A stretch of DNA of 64,000 nt from Minisyncoccia bacterium (GCA_046598345.1 JBKJIT010000004.1:265226-329225); one strand, 5' to 3'; shown: positions 17,764 to 27,241, numbered from the stretch's first letter. Translations and numbers: made by a program. The notes: generated by a model from the sequence alone, not told the origin.

Positions 17764-19590
17764 CTACCAATTTGCGGATTCACCAACAATTGCTGTAAAG
17801 GTATTCTCACCTGTGTAGTCACCTGCAAAGGTAATCGTGCCTGGAACTCGGATTCCCCAATACGCATTGTTTGTTGCCTGTGAGGAAGTTGCAGTTGACT
17901 TCGGAACATTGATTTCAATTTCCTGTGGGGTGGTAGATGAAAGTGCAGTTCCCTGAGCATAGGTTACTGTACTAGTAGCAAAGACCTGTTCAGATTCTGG
18001 AATGGTGGAGGTAGACAAACTCGGACAAAGAGTAGAGCCAGTATATGTTGTACACATTGACTCACCAGTTACATCCTTATCAAGCCCGACGTTCCCAGTG
18101 GCAGCAATCGTAGTGGTTGCAGTAATTGGATCCATTTGCTGACCCGGTTCGAGTGATCCATATGGAATTGATAGTGTATTGAGCGCGAAAGCAAGGAAAC
18201 TAGTTACTTCAACTCCGATTGAGCCCTCTGCCAAGCTTCCTGTGGCAGAATTATCATCCACTGCTCGGACCTGTGCAAGCCAGTTTTGTGTTGGATACTG
18301 CGTGGTTGTTGCTGTACCGTCAGTTGGATCTGCAATGTACCAAAGCGGGAATGTACAATTCCACATTTTGTCAGTATCTGATGCACCCGTGCATGATGTT
18401 GTTGATGCTGTGCATGAAATGTTCCAAGTTGTCGTTGGTACACTACTGACATAACAATTGTTTGCATTGTACGAACTTGTAGGAGTACATGTTGAGGAGC
18501 TAACGCCGGATCGATACAAGCTGAGCTGATAACTTACTACCTCACTCGAGGATGCTGCATTGATGCAACTATTATTATCTGCGGCTGTAAACTGCAGAGT
18601 AAAGCCAGTTGTCTGCCCTGCTTCAGTCGTAAGTATGATATCAGTACCTCCATTAATTGAGATCGTTGAACTAGCAACAGATGGTGCAACGTTACTTACA
18701 GTGAGAACTGAGTCAGTGCCTTGCGATCCACCTGAAGCTTCAAATCCATGGTTGTCTATAACATAGCCGAACGCGCCGTAGTTTTGATCTTGAGTTGGAA
18801 TAACAATGGTATATGTCGCAGTTGCGTTTGCAGCAACAGTTATAGTTGTGCTTCCAAGCAGCGTACCAGTACAAGAATCAGTAGATGTACTAAATCCTGC
18901 TGTTGCACACACAATCAGTTTTACCCTATCAGCTGTACCAGAAGTGTCTGAATCTGAAGATGTGCTGTTAAAAATAACTAGCTGGCCAGGATCAGCGGGT
19001 GAATTGTCAGTGAAAATAGTAAATGTTGGTCGATGATTTACTTCAAATGGTGAGGAGTTAGTGGCGTTTGTTCCTTGCGTTGAAATAGTGTTACAACGTG
19101 GAGTTCCCGCGTTTCCGTCACAGATAAATGCAAACCAAGGGTTTGATTCAGCCCAACTGGCATTTGTAGTCGTTGCTGAAACTGCCGCTACACCGCTTGT
19201 TGTTGAAGCAGAAACTGCCCATTGCGTACCGCCACCACATGCGGGTGCAGCACCAGAGTTTGGTGTTGGAGAAGCATTTGTGCTGCAAATAAGAAGATAA
19301 TATCGCTCCCCGTTTGAATCAGTACCAATAGCCGTCCAAGAAACTACATCCCCCGCATTCGTAGGATTTGTTGCAGATGATTCAACAACTTCTGTGGTAG
19401 TGGCTGTCCATAGGGGAGGTGTGTTGAGAACTGTAACTGAAGTAGTAGCCTGACTTTGAGCGTCTACTTGAAGGAGTTCTTGGGAGCCAAGATTAAAAAC
19501 GAATGCAATCGCAAATACGAAAACCCCGATGATCGTGGTGTACACAGTGATTTTACCTGCCGTACGTAAATTATCTGTGTTATAAGACAT
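17764..19590 (-). CDS. Exported Cys/Thr-rich subunit with a C-terminal family II domain shared with the giant protein
   Basis: N-terminal TM/signal. The C-terminal ~300 aa ('YRSGV..C..NNCY','DPTD','YGSL','PKST','YWGI.VP..GDYTGENTF.A') align by eye with the C-terminus of 27418..44136. Confidence 0.8.
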   Translation of the reverse strand: MSYNTDNLRTAGKITVYTTIIGVFVFAIAFVFNLGSQELLQVDAQSQATTSVTVLNTPPLWTATTTEVVESSATNPTNAGDVVSWTAIGTDSNGERYYLLICSTNASPTPNSGAAPACGGGTQWAVSASTTSGVAAVSATTTNASWAESNPWFAFICDGNAGTPRCNTISTQGTNATNSSPFEVNHRPTFTIFTDNSPADPGQLVIFNSTSSDSDTSGTADRVKLIVCATAGFSTSTDSCTGTLLGSTTITVAANATATYTIVIPTQDQNYGAFGYVIDNHGFEASGGSQGTDSVLTVSNVAPSVASSTISINGGTDIILTTEAGQTTGFTLQFTAADNNSCINAASSSEVVSYQLSLYRSGVSSSTCTPTSSYNANNCYVSSVPTTTWNISCTASTTSCTGASDTDKMWNCTFPLWYIADPTDGTATTTQYPTQNWLAQVRAVDDNSATGSLAEGSIGVEVTSFLAFALNTLSIPYGSLEPGQQMDPITATTTIAATGNVGLDKDVTGESMCTTYTGSTLCPSLSTSTIPESEQVFATSTVTYAQGTALSSTTPQEIEINVPKSTATSSQATNNAYWGIRVPGTITFAGDYTGENTFTAIVGESANW

Positions 19591-19616
19591 GGATTACTTA
19601 TGAACTTGTTTCATTA

Positions 19617-19658
19617 ATTGTACCTAATCCACAGCCTAATATCAGTGAGTTATACACA
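19617..19658 (-). promoter_or_regulatory. Putative promoter: TGTGTATAA-N27-TACAAT
   Basis: -10 at 19617-19622; 9-mer at 19650-19658; a second box-like TGTGGATTA lies next to the -10. Confidence 0.55.
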
Positions 19659-19662
19659 GGCG

Positions 19663-20877
19663 TTATTCATAGCGAATTGCATCGAGTGGGTTGAGTAACG
19701 AAGCACGACGTGCAGGAAATATTCCCGTCAGATACCCAACTCCACCTGAGAAGAGAGCGATAAATGTGAGGAATCCAAGTGGGAACGCGAAGAGGCCTAC
19801 AGACTGCCCTCCGAATTGACTTGCCGCAAGATTGAGGAGTAAATTCACAACCCATCCCAAGGTTACCCCCATGACTATCCCACTCACTCCCCCCAGGAAA
19901 CCCACAATGATAGATTCTGAAACAAATAAGAACTTAATGTCTCGAGGAGAGGCTCCAATAGTGCGCATAATCCCAATTTCCTTCGTTCGCTCAAGAAGAG
20001 TCACCGTCATCGTATTAAACATACCGATCGCAGACACAAGGAGCGCAATACCACCAAATGTTGCCAGCACTGCCTGAACTCCCTCGAAAATCTTAGAGGC
20101 CTGCTCCACCGTCTTGGAAAGTGCAGTCACACGGTATCCCGCCTTAATAAGGCTTTCTTCAATGAGTGGAAGAAACTCACTGGACACCACTTTAACCTGA
20201 GCGCGATCATAGACTTCAATTCCCACATAGTTTTTAAGCTCAGGGAGCATCATGAGCGCATTAAGAACCCCCTCCTCCTTGGTTACTCCTTTTACCTTGT
20301 ATTGCTTTGCAATATTAATTTCAGTAATTGCATCGGTACCATCATTTGCCGGAATAAGGAGACGGAACGAAACCTCCTGTCCGATGAAATTGTTGATTTG
20401 ATCATCCGCGATACCGAAAAGCTTGAGTACCGCGGGTGAAATCATCACTTCGTTCGTATTGCCAATATCTTCATCCTTAAATACATCTCCCGCTGAGGTG
20501 GTAATACCTGCATACCGAAGGTATGCAGGTTCAGCGCCTTGAAGAAAGATGTTTCCTGTAAGCCCTTTATAAGTAATGAGCGCAGGAAAACGTGCGAGGG
20601 GCGCTGCATCCTCAATATTGGGATCTTTTTCAAACTCCCCGATTATGTCGTCATCAATAACAATGTTCTTCCCTCCAGTAGCGGAAACACCCAAGGAAAG
20701 GAGGCTGTCCCCGAAAACGATCTGTTCGAGAATAATCTGCTGTAGTCCAAAGCCAAGTCCCACAAGGACCACAACCGCACCCGTACCAACACCCATACCC
20801 AAAATTGTAAGCCACGTACGAAGTGGATTTGTCTTAAACATACGCGTCGAAAGACGCGCAAGATCAACTACTTGCAT
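19663..20877 (-). CDS. ABC transporter permease, MacB/FtsX family
   Basis: 'NPLRTWLTILGMGVG', extracytoplasmic domain, 'ERTKEIGIMRTIGAS', 'PARRASLLNPLDAIRYE'. Confidence 0.95.
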   Translation of the reverse strand: MQVVDLARLSTRMFKTNPLRTWLTILGMGVGTGAVVVLVGLGFGLQQIILEQIVFGDSLLSLGVSATGGKNIVIDDDIIGEFEKDPNIEDAAPLARFPALITYKGLTGNIFLQGAEPAYLRYAGITTSAGDVFKDEDIGNTNEVMISPAVLKLFGIADDQINNFIGQEVSFRLLIPANDGTDAITEINIAKQYKVKGVTKEEGVLNALMMLPELKNYVGIEVYDRAQVKVVSSEFLPLIEESLIKAGYRVTALSKTVEQASKIFEGVQAVLATFGGIALLVSAIGMFNTMTVTLLERTKEIGIMRTIGASPRDIKFLFVSESIIVGFLGGVSGIVMGVTLGWVVNLLLNLAASQFGGQSVGLFAFPLGFLTFIALFSGGVGYLTGIFPARRASLLNPLDAIRYE

Positions 20878-20897
20878 ACTCTATATAGTAAACTACC
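20859..20897 (-). repeat. Direct repeat copy 1 (permease -10 box plus first codons)
   Basis: CAAGATCAACTACTTGCATACTCTATATAGTAAACTACC; 36/39 identical to 22638-22676 and 29/31 to 21699-21729. Confidence 0.85.
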
Positions 20898-21059
20898 CTC
20901 TCCTCATAACCCATACGTTCTCCACTGATTCCTAGATTCACTACCTAAGTAGATCCGGTTCATTAGCAAGCTCGGCATGCACATGTGTGTGCATAGAGTT
21001 GTATCCGAAGGACTTACTATTGATTATTTAGTCGTATAGAGTTACATTCGGTCTACCCT

Positions 21060-21689
21060 ATGGAAAAGATTCCTCTTTATAAGGCAAAGCGTATATTCGA
21101 TATAGTTTTTTCCCTTTCAATACTCATCATCCTTTCCCCTGTCATCCTATTTTTCTTATTTGGAATTATTCTCGAGCACATCATACGATTGCGGCCTTTC
21201 GATCCACTCTTCTATAGTGAAATCCGCTATTCCCAAGGGGAACCGTTTACACTCTATAAATTCAATATCTTTAAGCAAGAGGTAATAGAGGAAATGCGTT
21301 CACAAGGAGCATTTATTCATACAAAACAACTTGAACGAGAAGGTTCAACTCTGTGTATAGGCTGGATTCTCAAGCAGATATACCTTGATGAACTTCCACA
21401 ATTTTTTAATATTCTGAGAGGTGATATGACTGTAGTCGGTCCAAGACCAGTAAACTACGAGGTCTATCAGAAACTTCTTGGACTGGGAATTACGGACAAA
21501 GCAAAAGTGAAGTCTGGTCTCACGGGAAACTACCAGTCCTATAAAAATACAGCAGGTAAAAAATCTGAAGACATGGATAGAGAGTATGTCGAATACTATC
21601 GTACACACCCGTGGCCTAAGGTGCTTCTCTTTGATTTAAAAATAATTTTACGCACGCTTAAAGTCTTATTCCTTGCACGAGGGATTTAG
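21060..21689 (+). CDS. Bacterial sugar transferase (monotopic phosphoglycosyl transferase, PglC/WcaJ-C-like)
   Basis: 'KRIFDIVFS', 'G.PFTLYKF', 'LDELPQFFNILRGDMTVVGPRP', 'GLTG..Q', 'DLKIILRT'. Confidence 0.92.
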   Translation: MEKIPLYKAKRIFDIVFSLSILIILSPVILFFLFGIILEHIIRLRPFDPLFYSEIRYSQGEPFTLYKFNIFKQEVIEEMRSQGAFIHTKQLEREGSTLCIGWILKQIYLDELPQFFNILRGDMTVVGPRPVNYEVYQKLLGLGITDKAKVKSGLTGNYQSYKNTAGKKSEDMDREYVEYYRTHPWPKVLLFDLKIILRTLKVLFLARGI

Positions 21690-21698
21690 TTACACTTG

Positions 21699-21729
21699 GA
21701 TCAACGACTTGCATCCTCTATATAGTAAA
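21699..21729 (-). repeat. Direct repeat copy 2
   Basis: GATCAACGACTTGCATCCTCTATATAGTAAA, between the convergent sugar transferase and protease genes. Confidence 0.8.
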
Positions 21730-21745
21730 AATAAGTAGCGAGTGA

Positions 21746-22615
21746 TTACATCGATTGATCAATCCCCCAGTTTGCTTGATCTCCTTCGAGTAACTTAAGC
21801 GCTGCGTTAATAGGTACCGCAAAATTCAAGTTCTGAACTCCTATAGCATTATCTTCATACTCAAACGTCCATGCAGGTATTCCGATGAGTTCACCTCGAT
21901 CGTTTAATAGTGCTCCACCACTATTCCCTGAAGAAATAGGATTGGTGATTTGTAATTCTTGACGCGACTCAAATGTGCGAATTCCACTAATATTACCCAG
22001 AGATAGAGTGTGCAGGTAGCCCTCAGGATGACCGATGACGAGTACTTTGTCCCCAATCTGGATCGAATCTGAATTTCCTATTGGTATAGGTTGGAGCTTC
22101 GTCGCATCAATCTTAATAAAGGCAACATCCATACCCTCATCAGCAGCAAGAACTGCGGTAACGGGATAGTGAGTGCCATCAGATGTTGTTACGACCGCTT
22201 TCACTTTGTCATGTGCAACATGATCGTTCGTAAGAATAACCCCATCCTCAGTTAAGATCGAGCCGCTCGCGATATAGACGAAACCCAATTCATCTTCTGT
22301 CGTTATGTACACGACGCTTTTTGAATTCTTATTGTAATTAGCAATATCAGCCATTGCTTCTGGCTCGTCTGCACGAACAAGTGATGGACGTTTCGTTACT
22401 CGCCTGTTTTCATATAGCGACAAAAGGTCGGGATTGAGTGTTTCAAGTATCTCGCTTATTTCCGTGTCCAAGGTAATGACAGTATCCGGACGGAGTTCCT
22501 CATACGTTCCAAAAGGAAGATAATACTGCACCCAGGGCCAGGCAAGCCAAACAAACATGAGTACAACAAGCCCATCAATTATTCTCCTCCACCACGTAGT
22601 ACACTTTGCACTCAT
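21746..22615 (-). CDS. Membrane-anchored trypsin-like serine protease (S1C/HtrA-like, no PDZ domain)
   Basis: N-terminal TM; catalytic triad motifs 'ILTNDHV', 'DVAFIKI', 'ISSGNSGGALLN..GELIGI', plus 'LNFAVP'. Confidence 0.92.
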   Translation of the reverse strand: MSAKCTTWWRRIIDGLVVLMFVWLAWPWVQYYLPFGTYEELRPDTVITLDTEISEILETLNPDLLSLYENRRVTKRPSLVRADEPEAMADIANYNKNSKSVVYITTEDELGFVYIASGSILTEDGVILTNDHVAHDKVKAVVTTSDGTHYPVTAVLAADEGMDVAFIKIDATKLQPIPIGNSDSIQIGDKVLVIGHPEGYLHTLSLGNISGIRTFESRQELQITNPISSGNSGGALLNDRGELIGIPAWTFEYEDNAIGVQNLNFAVPINAALKLLEGDQANWGIDQSM

Positions 22616-22637
22616 ACAGACAGAATTGGTGTGTGCC

Positions 22638-22676
22638 CAAGATCAGCGACTTGCATATTCTATATAGTAAACTACC
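22638..22676 (-). repeat. Direct repeat copy 3, probably acting as the protease promoter
   Basis: CAAGATCAGCGACTTGCATATTCTATATAGTAAACTACC; its ATG opens a 14-codon ORF ending in ATGA with the protease start. Confidence 0.85.
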
Positions 22677-22726
22677 GAGTTCAACAAACTCTTACTTTCT
22701 CCACTGGTTCAATCTGTTAAATGCAA

Positions 22727-23875
22727 TTAAATAAACCGGAAACTTGAGATAACTCTGTTAAGTATGGCGTCCTCAGTCACGTCAACACCTTTAGAAGGAA
22801 CGATAGATATGAGATACATGACTCCATTATTGATAGTGCAAAAATTAGTAAAACGAGTAGTGTTGTTCGTGGCATCGTATTTTGTGAAGCTTATGCCATT
22901 CAATAATATCTGAGTAAATGGGGTAGACCGTCCTGCAATTTCACGAGAACAATTTAGTGTCCCCTCTGTCAGTGCGTTAATCACAAATGAACCAGGTGCG
23001 TATTGCTTCCCATCCATTGGTCTGAAGCGTATGGCAGTATCGTTAGGCCCATTCTCATAATCACCTAAATTCGTTACACCTGGAGGATACTCCACGTGAA
23101 ATCCATACTGAGTATTAGTATAAGTATTCCAACCATCATCAGTTTTTTCAATAACAGCAGATGGCGTTGGGACAGTAATTTTTGTTGGCCAAACGATATT
23201 TGTCTCACTTGCGCCTACAACCTTCTCGTCAAAGGTGATGTTTGTTATCGAATCCAGGCGAAATATGTAATTCTCGGTCACTACATACCCACTACACCTC
23301 TCCCCTTCGGCACTACATATCCAAAAGGCAGGCCTCCCATCAATTTCGGTTGTTCTAATTTCACTAGTATATTCGTAAATTAACTTCTGTAACAATTCCA
23401 ATATTTTTATTTTTTGAGTATTGGTATATACAAAAATACTTGGCTTCCATTTCTCTTCAAGTGAAAAAACAGCTACGTCTTGTGTTTTATCAACCCACCC
23501 ACGTGATGCAAAATCATCTTGAGTTAATTGCTTCACTTGCAAACTGGGCGAATGTTGGAATGCAAACCCATATTCCTTATTTTCGTACAAAACCCAGTCA
23601 GTCTTATCTTTATCTAAATCATATGTATACGAACCATGAGCCGGGAGACCTTCTTGAATTTGAATATATTTTATTTCTGTTAACTGAGGTGGCTTTTTAA
23701 CCTCAATTATTCTTTGAACCGCAACAACCTTTTCGGGTGCATGGTTGTAACCTATAAGCCCACCAATAAATGGCATAAGAATAAATAATACCAGTGCCAG
23801 ATATTTTGAAAGCGGAGTAATAACAAATAAAGGGCTTTTTGGCTTTGCCTCTAATATTAGATTTTCTTGTTCCAT
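22727..23875 (-). CDS. Membrane-anchored protein with two PsbP-like domains
   Basis: TM 'TPLSKYLALVLFILMPFIGG'; duplicated 'WVLYENKEYGFAFQH' / 'WNTYTNTQYGFHVEYP'; ends 'NRVISSFRF'. ATG at 23875 is preceded by TATGAT; the track start (24013) lies inside a repeat. Confidence 0.7.
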   Translation of the reverse strand: MEQENLILEAKPKSPLFVITPLSKYLALVLFILMPFIGGLIGYNHAPEKVVAVQRIIEVKKPPQLTEIKYIQIQEGLPAHGSYTYDLDKDKTDWVLYENKEYGFAFQHSPSLQVKQLTQDDFASRGWVDKTQDVAVFSLEEKWKPSIFVYTNTQKIKILELLQKLIYEYTSEIRTTEIDGRPAFWICSAEGERCSGYVVTENYIFRLDSITNITFDEKVVGASETNIVWPTKITVPTPSAVIEKTDDGWNTYTNTQYGFHVEYPPGVTNLGDYENGPNDTAIRFRPMDGKQYAPGSFVINALTEGTLNCSREIAGRSTPFTQILLNGISFTKYDATNNTTRFTNFCTINNGVMYLISIVPSKGVDVTEDAILNRVISSFRFI

Positions 23876-23940
23876 GACTAAATCATAGCATGCGAGTTTA
23901 GAACCATCTGCAGTTGCGCGCACGTAGAAGTCACTAAACA

Positions 23941-24049
23941 TGCAAATCTTGAGAAAAGTTCGAGGCGCAAGTTCTTTTGTGCATGAGCCGTACCCATGTA
24001 CGGTGAAAAGCAAAAGGACGCAGCGACAAAGAAATTTTCCAAGATTTCA
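23941..24049 (+). repeat. Hairpin family A copy (divergent)
   Basis: Outer stem AAATCTTG/CAAGATTT; apical TGA-GC-CGTAC-ccat-GTACG-GTGA; ends 4 nt from the ABC ATPase stop codon. Confidence 0.65.
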
Positions 24050-24053
24050 AGGT

Positions 24054-25376
24054 TTAGGCTTTGTAGCTGACGTCAACGCCAAGTGCAATCAACTTCTCCA
24101 TATACCTCGCCACCTCATCGGCAATCTTTTCCTTAAGTGATAGTCCTCCCTCTTTAATATCTTCCTGAAGTCGCGCGTGGAAATCTACTTCTCCATTTAT
24201 CCCTGAGAGTCTGTCAGCAATTATCCCGGTGAGATTCTCACGCGTAAGTTTTGTAAGTTTTATATCATGAGTAAGTAGAAGGTACTCCCGAACACGCTCT
24301 GCAAACTTATGCTGTTCAAAAAATGCAGCGTCTGAATCATTATCACTTCGGAAGCGTCGCACGTCATCTGCCTGCTTCACGATCTGGACTGAAACATCAG
24401 CCATTTTTAGCGCAGTTTCCTTATCGATGCCTGCTCCCCCCTCATCATACCTTTTAACGAGCGCATCAATAAATAGTTTCTTATGAATTTTTCCCTGAAT
24501 GAGAAGATTGACCGCCTTTTCAAGACGACTGAGTTGGCTATACGAGTATTTCTGGGTTAGAAAATTGGTGAGACTACGGACCCGCAGCATATCAACAGAG
24601 TCGTATGGAAAAAGGCGAGCAAGCTGCTCAAGCTCCGTCACGATAGTTTCCCCTTCCATAACAGGCTTAATTTGTTTTCTCTGGGGATTTACCACCTCGC
24701 GAACAATAAATCCGTCTTTCAAATAATACACGCGATGTGCGTAAGAAAGGTGTGCGGCATTATGGGACACCATAATAATAGTGCGTTGATCAAACGTATT
24801 AATCTCGTCAATTTTGTCCATCACTTGCTGTGTAGAGACGGAGTCGAGGTTCCCTGTTGGTTCATCAGCCAATAGAATCTGTGGGTCATTCACCATAGAA
24901 CGTGCAACGGATACACGTTGCTGTTGACCTCCCGAGAGCATCGAGGGAATCTTATGAGAAACATGACCTACCCCGAACCGTTCAAGAAGCATTTGCGCAC
25001 GGCGTTCACGCGTTGCCTTATTCGCGTCACAAAAGATCATAGGAAGTGCTACATTATCGAGAACAGAAAGCGAGCCAATTAGGTTGAATGACTGGAAGAT
25101 AATTCCCATGATGTACCGTTGGAAATAGACACGCTCCTGGGGTGGATATGAGTAAATATCGTCACCACGAATAAGGAGAGTGCCGCCGCCAGGAGGTAGG
25201 GAGCCTTGGATTGCATACATCAGAGTCGATTTTCCTGAACCAGAACTGCCGAAGAGAATGATGTACTCCCCTTCGTAGATGTCCGTGTTTACATTCTGAA
25301 GTGCCTTGTACTCATTTGACTTCCCTTTGTTGTAGGTGATATCCAAATTTCTGCAAACTATCAAAGGCTTAGCCAT
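24054..25376 (-). CDS. ABC transporter ATP-binding protein (MacB/LolD family) with a ~190-aa C-terminal extension
   Basis: Walker A GSSGSGKST, Q-loop IFQSFNL, LSGGQQQR, ILLADEPTGNLD, H-loop VSH. ATG at 25376 (the track start at 25457 lies in a hairpin repeat). Confidence 0.95.
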   Translation of the reverse strand: MAKPLIVCRNLDITYNKGKSNEYKALQNVNTDIYEGEYIILFGSSGSGKSTLMYAIQGSLPPGGGTLLIRGDDIYSYPPQERVYFQRYIMGIIFQSFNLIGSLSVLDNVALPMIFCDANKATRERRAQMLLERFGVGHVSHKIPSMLSGGQQQRVSVARSMVNDPQILLADEPTGNLDSVSTQQVMDKIDEINTFDQRTIIMVSHNAAHLSYAHRVYYLKDGFIVREVVNPQRKQIKPVMEGETIVTELEQLARLFPYDSVDMLRVRSLTNFLTQKYSYSQLSRLEKAVNLLIQGKIHKKLFIDALVKRYDEGGAGIDKETALKMADVSVQIVKQADDVRRFRSDNDSDAAFFEQHKFAERVREYLLLTHDIKLTKLTRENLTGIIADRLSGINGEVDFHARLQEDIKEGGLSLKEKIADEVARYMEKLIALGVDVSYKA

Positions 25377-25395
25377 GGTACAAACATCTTTGGCG

Positions 25396-25480
25396 TATTT
25401 TTTCGTTGCTCGCTCGTTTGCTCCACGCACTGTAGGTTGACTACAGCTTGGTCGCAAGCCTCACGAGCGCCTTAAAATAC
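25396..25480 (-). repeat. Hairpin family A-related copy in inverted orientation
   Basis: The minus strand reads GTATTTT-AAGGCGCTCG-TGAGG...CGAGC-AACG-AAAAAATAC and keeps the AAGGCGCT/AGCAACG motif of the 25573 copy. Confidence 0.5.
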
Positions 25481-25572
25481 ACTCAAAGACTGATTGTCCT
25501 ATTGTATACTAATGATTCTCTATTTTTCATAATTCTCCACGTTGTTCAAGTAGATGTACACAATATCGTAAG

Positions 25573-25693
25573 CGTGTGGCGAGGAGCCGTCAGATACAAG
25601 GCGCTGAGCCGCGATGACACGAGGCGTACAGGGCGTACGGTGAGTGTCATCGCGGTGAGAGCAACGCCGTAGATGGCGGCTCCCCGCTGCACG
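25573..25693 (+). repeat. Hairpin family A copy (~120-nt rod)
   Basis: 20-bp outer stem, GA-TAC-AA-GGC, 12-bp stem CCGCGATGACAC/GTGTCATCGCGG, apical CGTAC/GTACG; abuts the TAA of 25694..27241. Confidence 0.85.
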
Positions 25694-27241
25694 TTAACCG
25701 CTGATGTTCTTAACCCATCCGAACGTCGACTCAAAGTTCTCAATAATGATATCAATAATGTTCTTTTCCTGAATAGGAGTAAAGAGCACAAAGTTTTCTG
25801 AATCGGCTTTATTCCCCGACTCGTCCTTACACGAAAGCCAGAATTGATACACAGTTGCTGGCGCAAACTCGACAATTACCTCCACGTGCTGTTCGCTGTA
25901 ACTTATATCTTTTGACTCTACTATTGTTGGATCAACTCCACCTACGATACCTTCACGGTACATCATGGTACAGAATGATGGCTCATCGGTGCTCCACTCC
26001 ACAATCGTCTGAATACGCGATTCGCCACCTGGGAAGAGCGTTGATTCGTTCGTGACATTTGAAATGATTGGCGGTTCGGTGTCTTTAACGGTAATAAAGG
26101 TAACCGGACTCGACTTTACTCGATCTCCACCGGCATTTTCCGCAATGACAAAGGCGACGTACCGAGTACCCAACGTAAGATCAGCAATACGCATTTGATG
26201 GGTAGATGCCAAAGTAGGACGACCTACAGAGTTCTGGATACCTGTTGTGAGATCCTGATATTCAATCGTTGCTTTTGCGGGTACTGTGGTATCCCATGCC
26301 AAGGTGGCAGAGTTCTCTTCTACTTTCACAATGCGCAGATTTCGAATCTCAGGAAGTGATGCTTTCGTGCGGAATGTATAGTCGAAGCTTTCTCCCAAAA
26401 TACCGATGGAATCCTTCGATCGAACCTTAAAGTGGTACTCAGTATATGGCTCTAGACCAATGAGACGAATTGAATGACTCTTCGTGTCACCATCAGTACT
26501 TGCCTGGGAGAACTCATACTGCCCTTCGACGTACGAATCTGCAGGACTAAACACCACTTCAGAGCTTGACTCACGATTGGTAGTCCAGCTTACGATTGCG
26601 CTTGTCGTTTCAACTTCAACAGTAGGAGGACCCACGATCGTAAGGTCTTCAGTAATACCCTGAATGGCTTTCACTGTTTCATTTAAAATCTCCTGCAGAG
26701 TTTCTGGAGACTGTATCTGCTTAATTTGCTCTATTACTTCTTCGGCACTCTGAGCTTCGGTTTGTGACTGTGATTCTGACTCTGATTCTGACTGTGACTC
26801 TGAGCCTTCCTGGAGCGTTTGATTTTCCTGTGTTTGTGTTTCCTTTCCTTCACCTGCCTCCGCGCCCACTTCGGGAGTTCCCTCGGTCAGCACTTTGTAG
26901 TTTGCAGAAATTCCCTGGTTGCCATCAAGGTCTGAAGACACTACGCGGAAGTAGTACGTGCGACCAGGTTCAAGGCCGTCGAGCGTAATTGAGTGTTCAG
27001 TTTTGTCGACTGCTGGTACACGCACAATGCCGTAGTCTTCCTGAAGACCGTAGTTAACTAAGGAATCAGCATCCTCGTCAGTCTCCCACGTCACCGTGAC
27101 ACTACTCTCATCGACAGTCGTAATCTGAACATTTGTAATATCTGGTGGTTCAGTGTCGGCCCCATGCACACTAGGAAGCTCCTGCACATATGAAACAAGT
27201 ACAAAAAGCGTCAGCGCTGTCGTTGCTAGCGAACGTAACAT
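25694..27241 (-). CDS. Exported fibronectin type III repeat protein (four FN3-like domains)
   Basis: Repeats 'VTVTWETDE..SLVNYG..HSITLDGLEPGRTYYFRVVS', 'VSWTTNRES..HSIRLIGLEPYTEYHFKVRS', 'LAWDTT..', 'VEWSTDEPS'; signal peptide. Confidence 0.9.
   Translation of the reverse strand: MLRSLATTALTLFVLVSYVQELPSVHGADTEPPDITNVQITTVDESSVTVTWETDEDADSLVNYGLQEDYGIVRVPAVDKTEHSITLDGLEPGRTYYFRVVSSDLDGNQGISANYKVLTEGTPEVGAEAGEGKETQTQENQTLQEGSESQSESESESQSQTEAQSAEEVIEQIKQIQSPETLQEILNETVKAIQGITEDLTIVGPPTVEVETTSAIVSWTTNRESSSEVVFSPADSYVEGQYEFSQASTDGDTKSHSIRLIGLEPYTEYHFKVRSKDSIGILGESFDYTFRTKASLPEIRNLRIVKVEENSATLAWDTTVPAKATIEYQDLTTGIQNSVGRPTLASTHQMRIADLTLGTRYVAFVIAENAGGDRVKSSPVTFITVKDTEPPIISNVTNESTLFPGGESRIQTIVEWSTDEPSFCTMMYREGIVGGVDPTIVESKDISYSEQHVEVIVEFAPATVYQFWLSCKDESGNKADSENFVLFTPIQEKNIIDIIIENFESTFGWVKNISG

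Noticed and set aside
20859-22676. CRISPR array (31-39-nt direct repeats)
   Set aside because: The copies are 0.8-0.9 kb apart, separated by whole genes, and derive from a promoter and start codon; no cas genes.
23876-24140. Extended start of 22727..24013 and ORF 23940..24140
   Set aside because: Both overlap the 23941-24049 hairpin; the ATG at 23875 has a -10 box and gives a normal N-terminal TM.
25377-25875. N-terminal extension of the ABC ATPase and ORFs 25448..25672 / 25546..25875
   Set aside because: They run through hairpin repeats; a better ATG (25376) and a promoter (25501-25541) exist.
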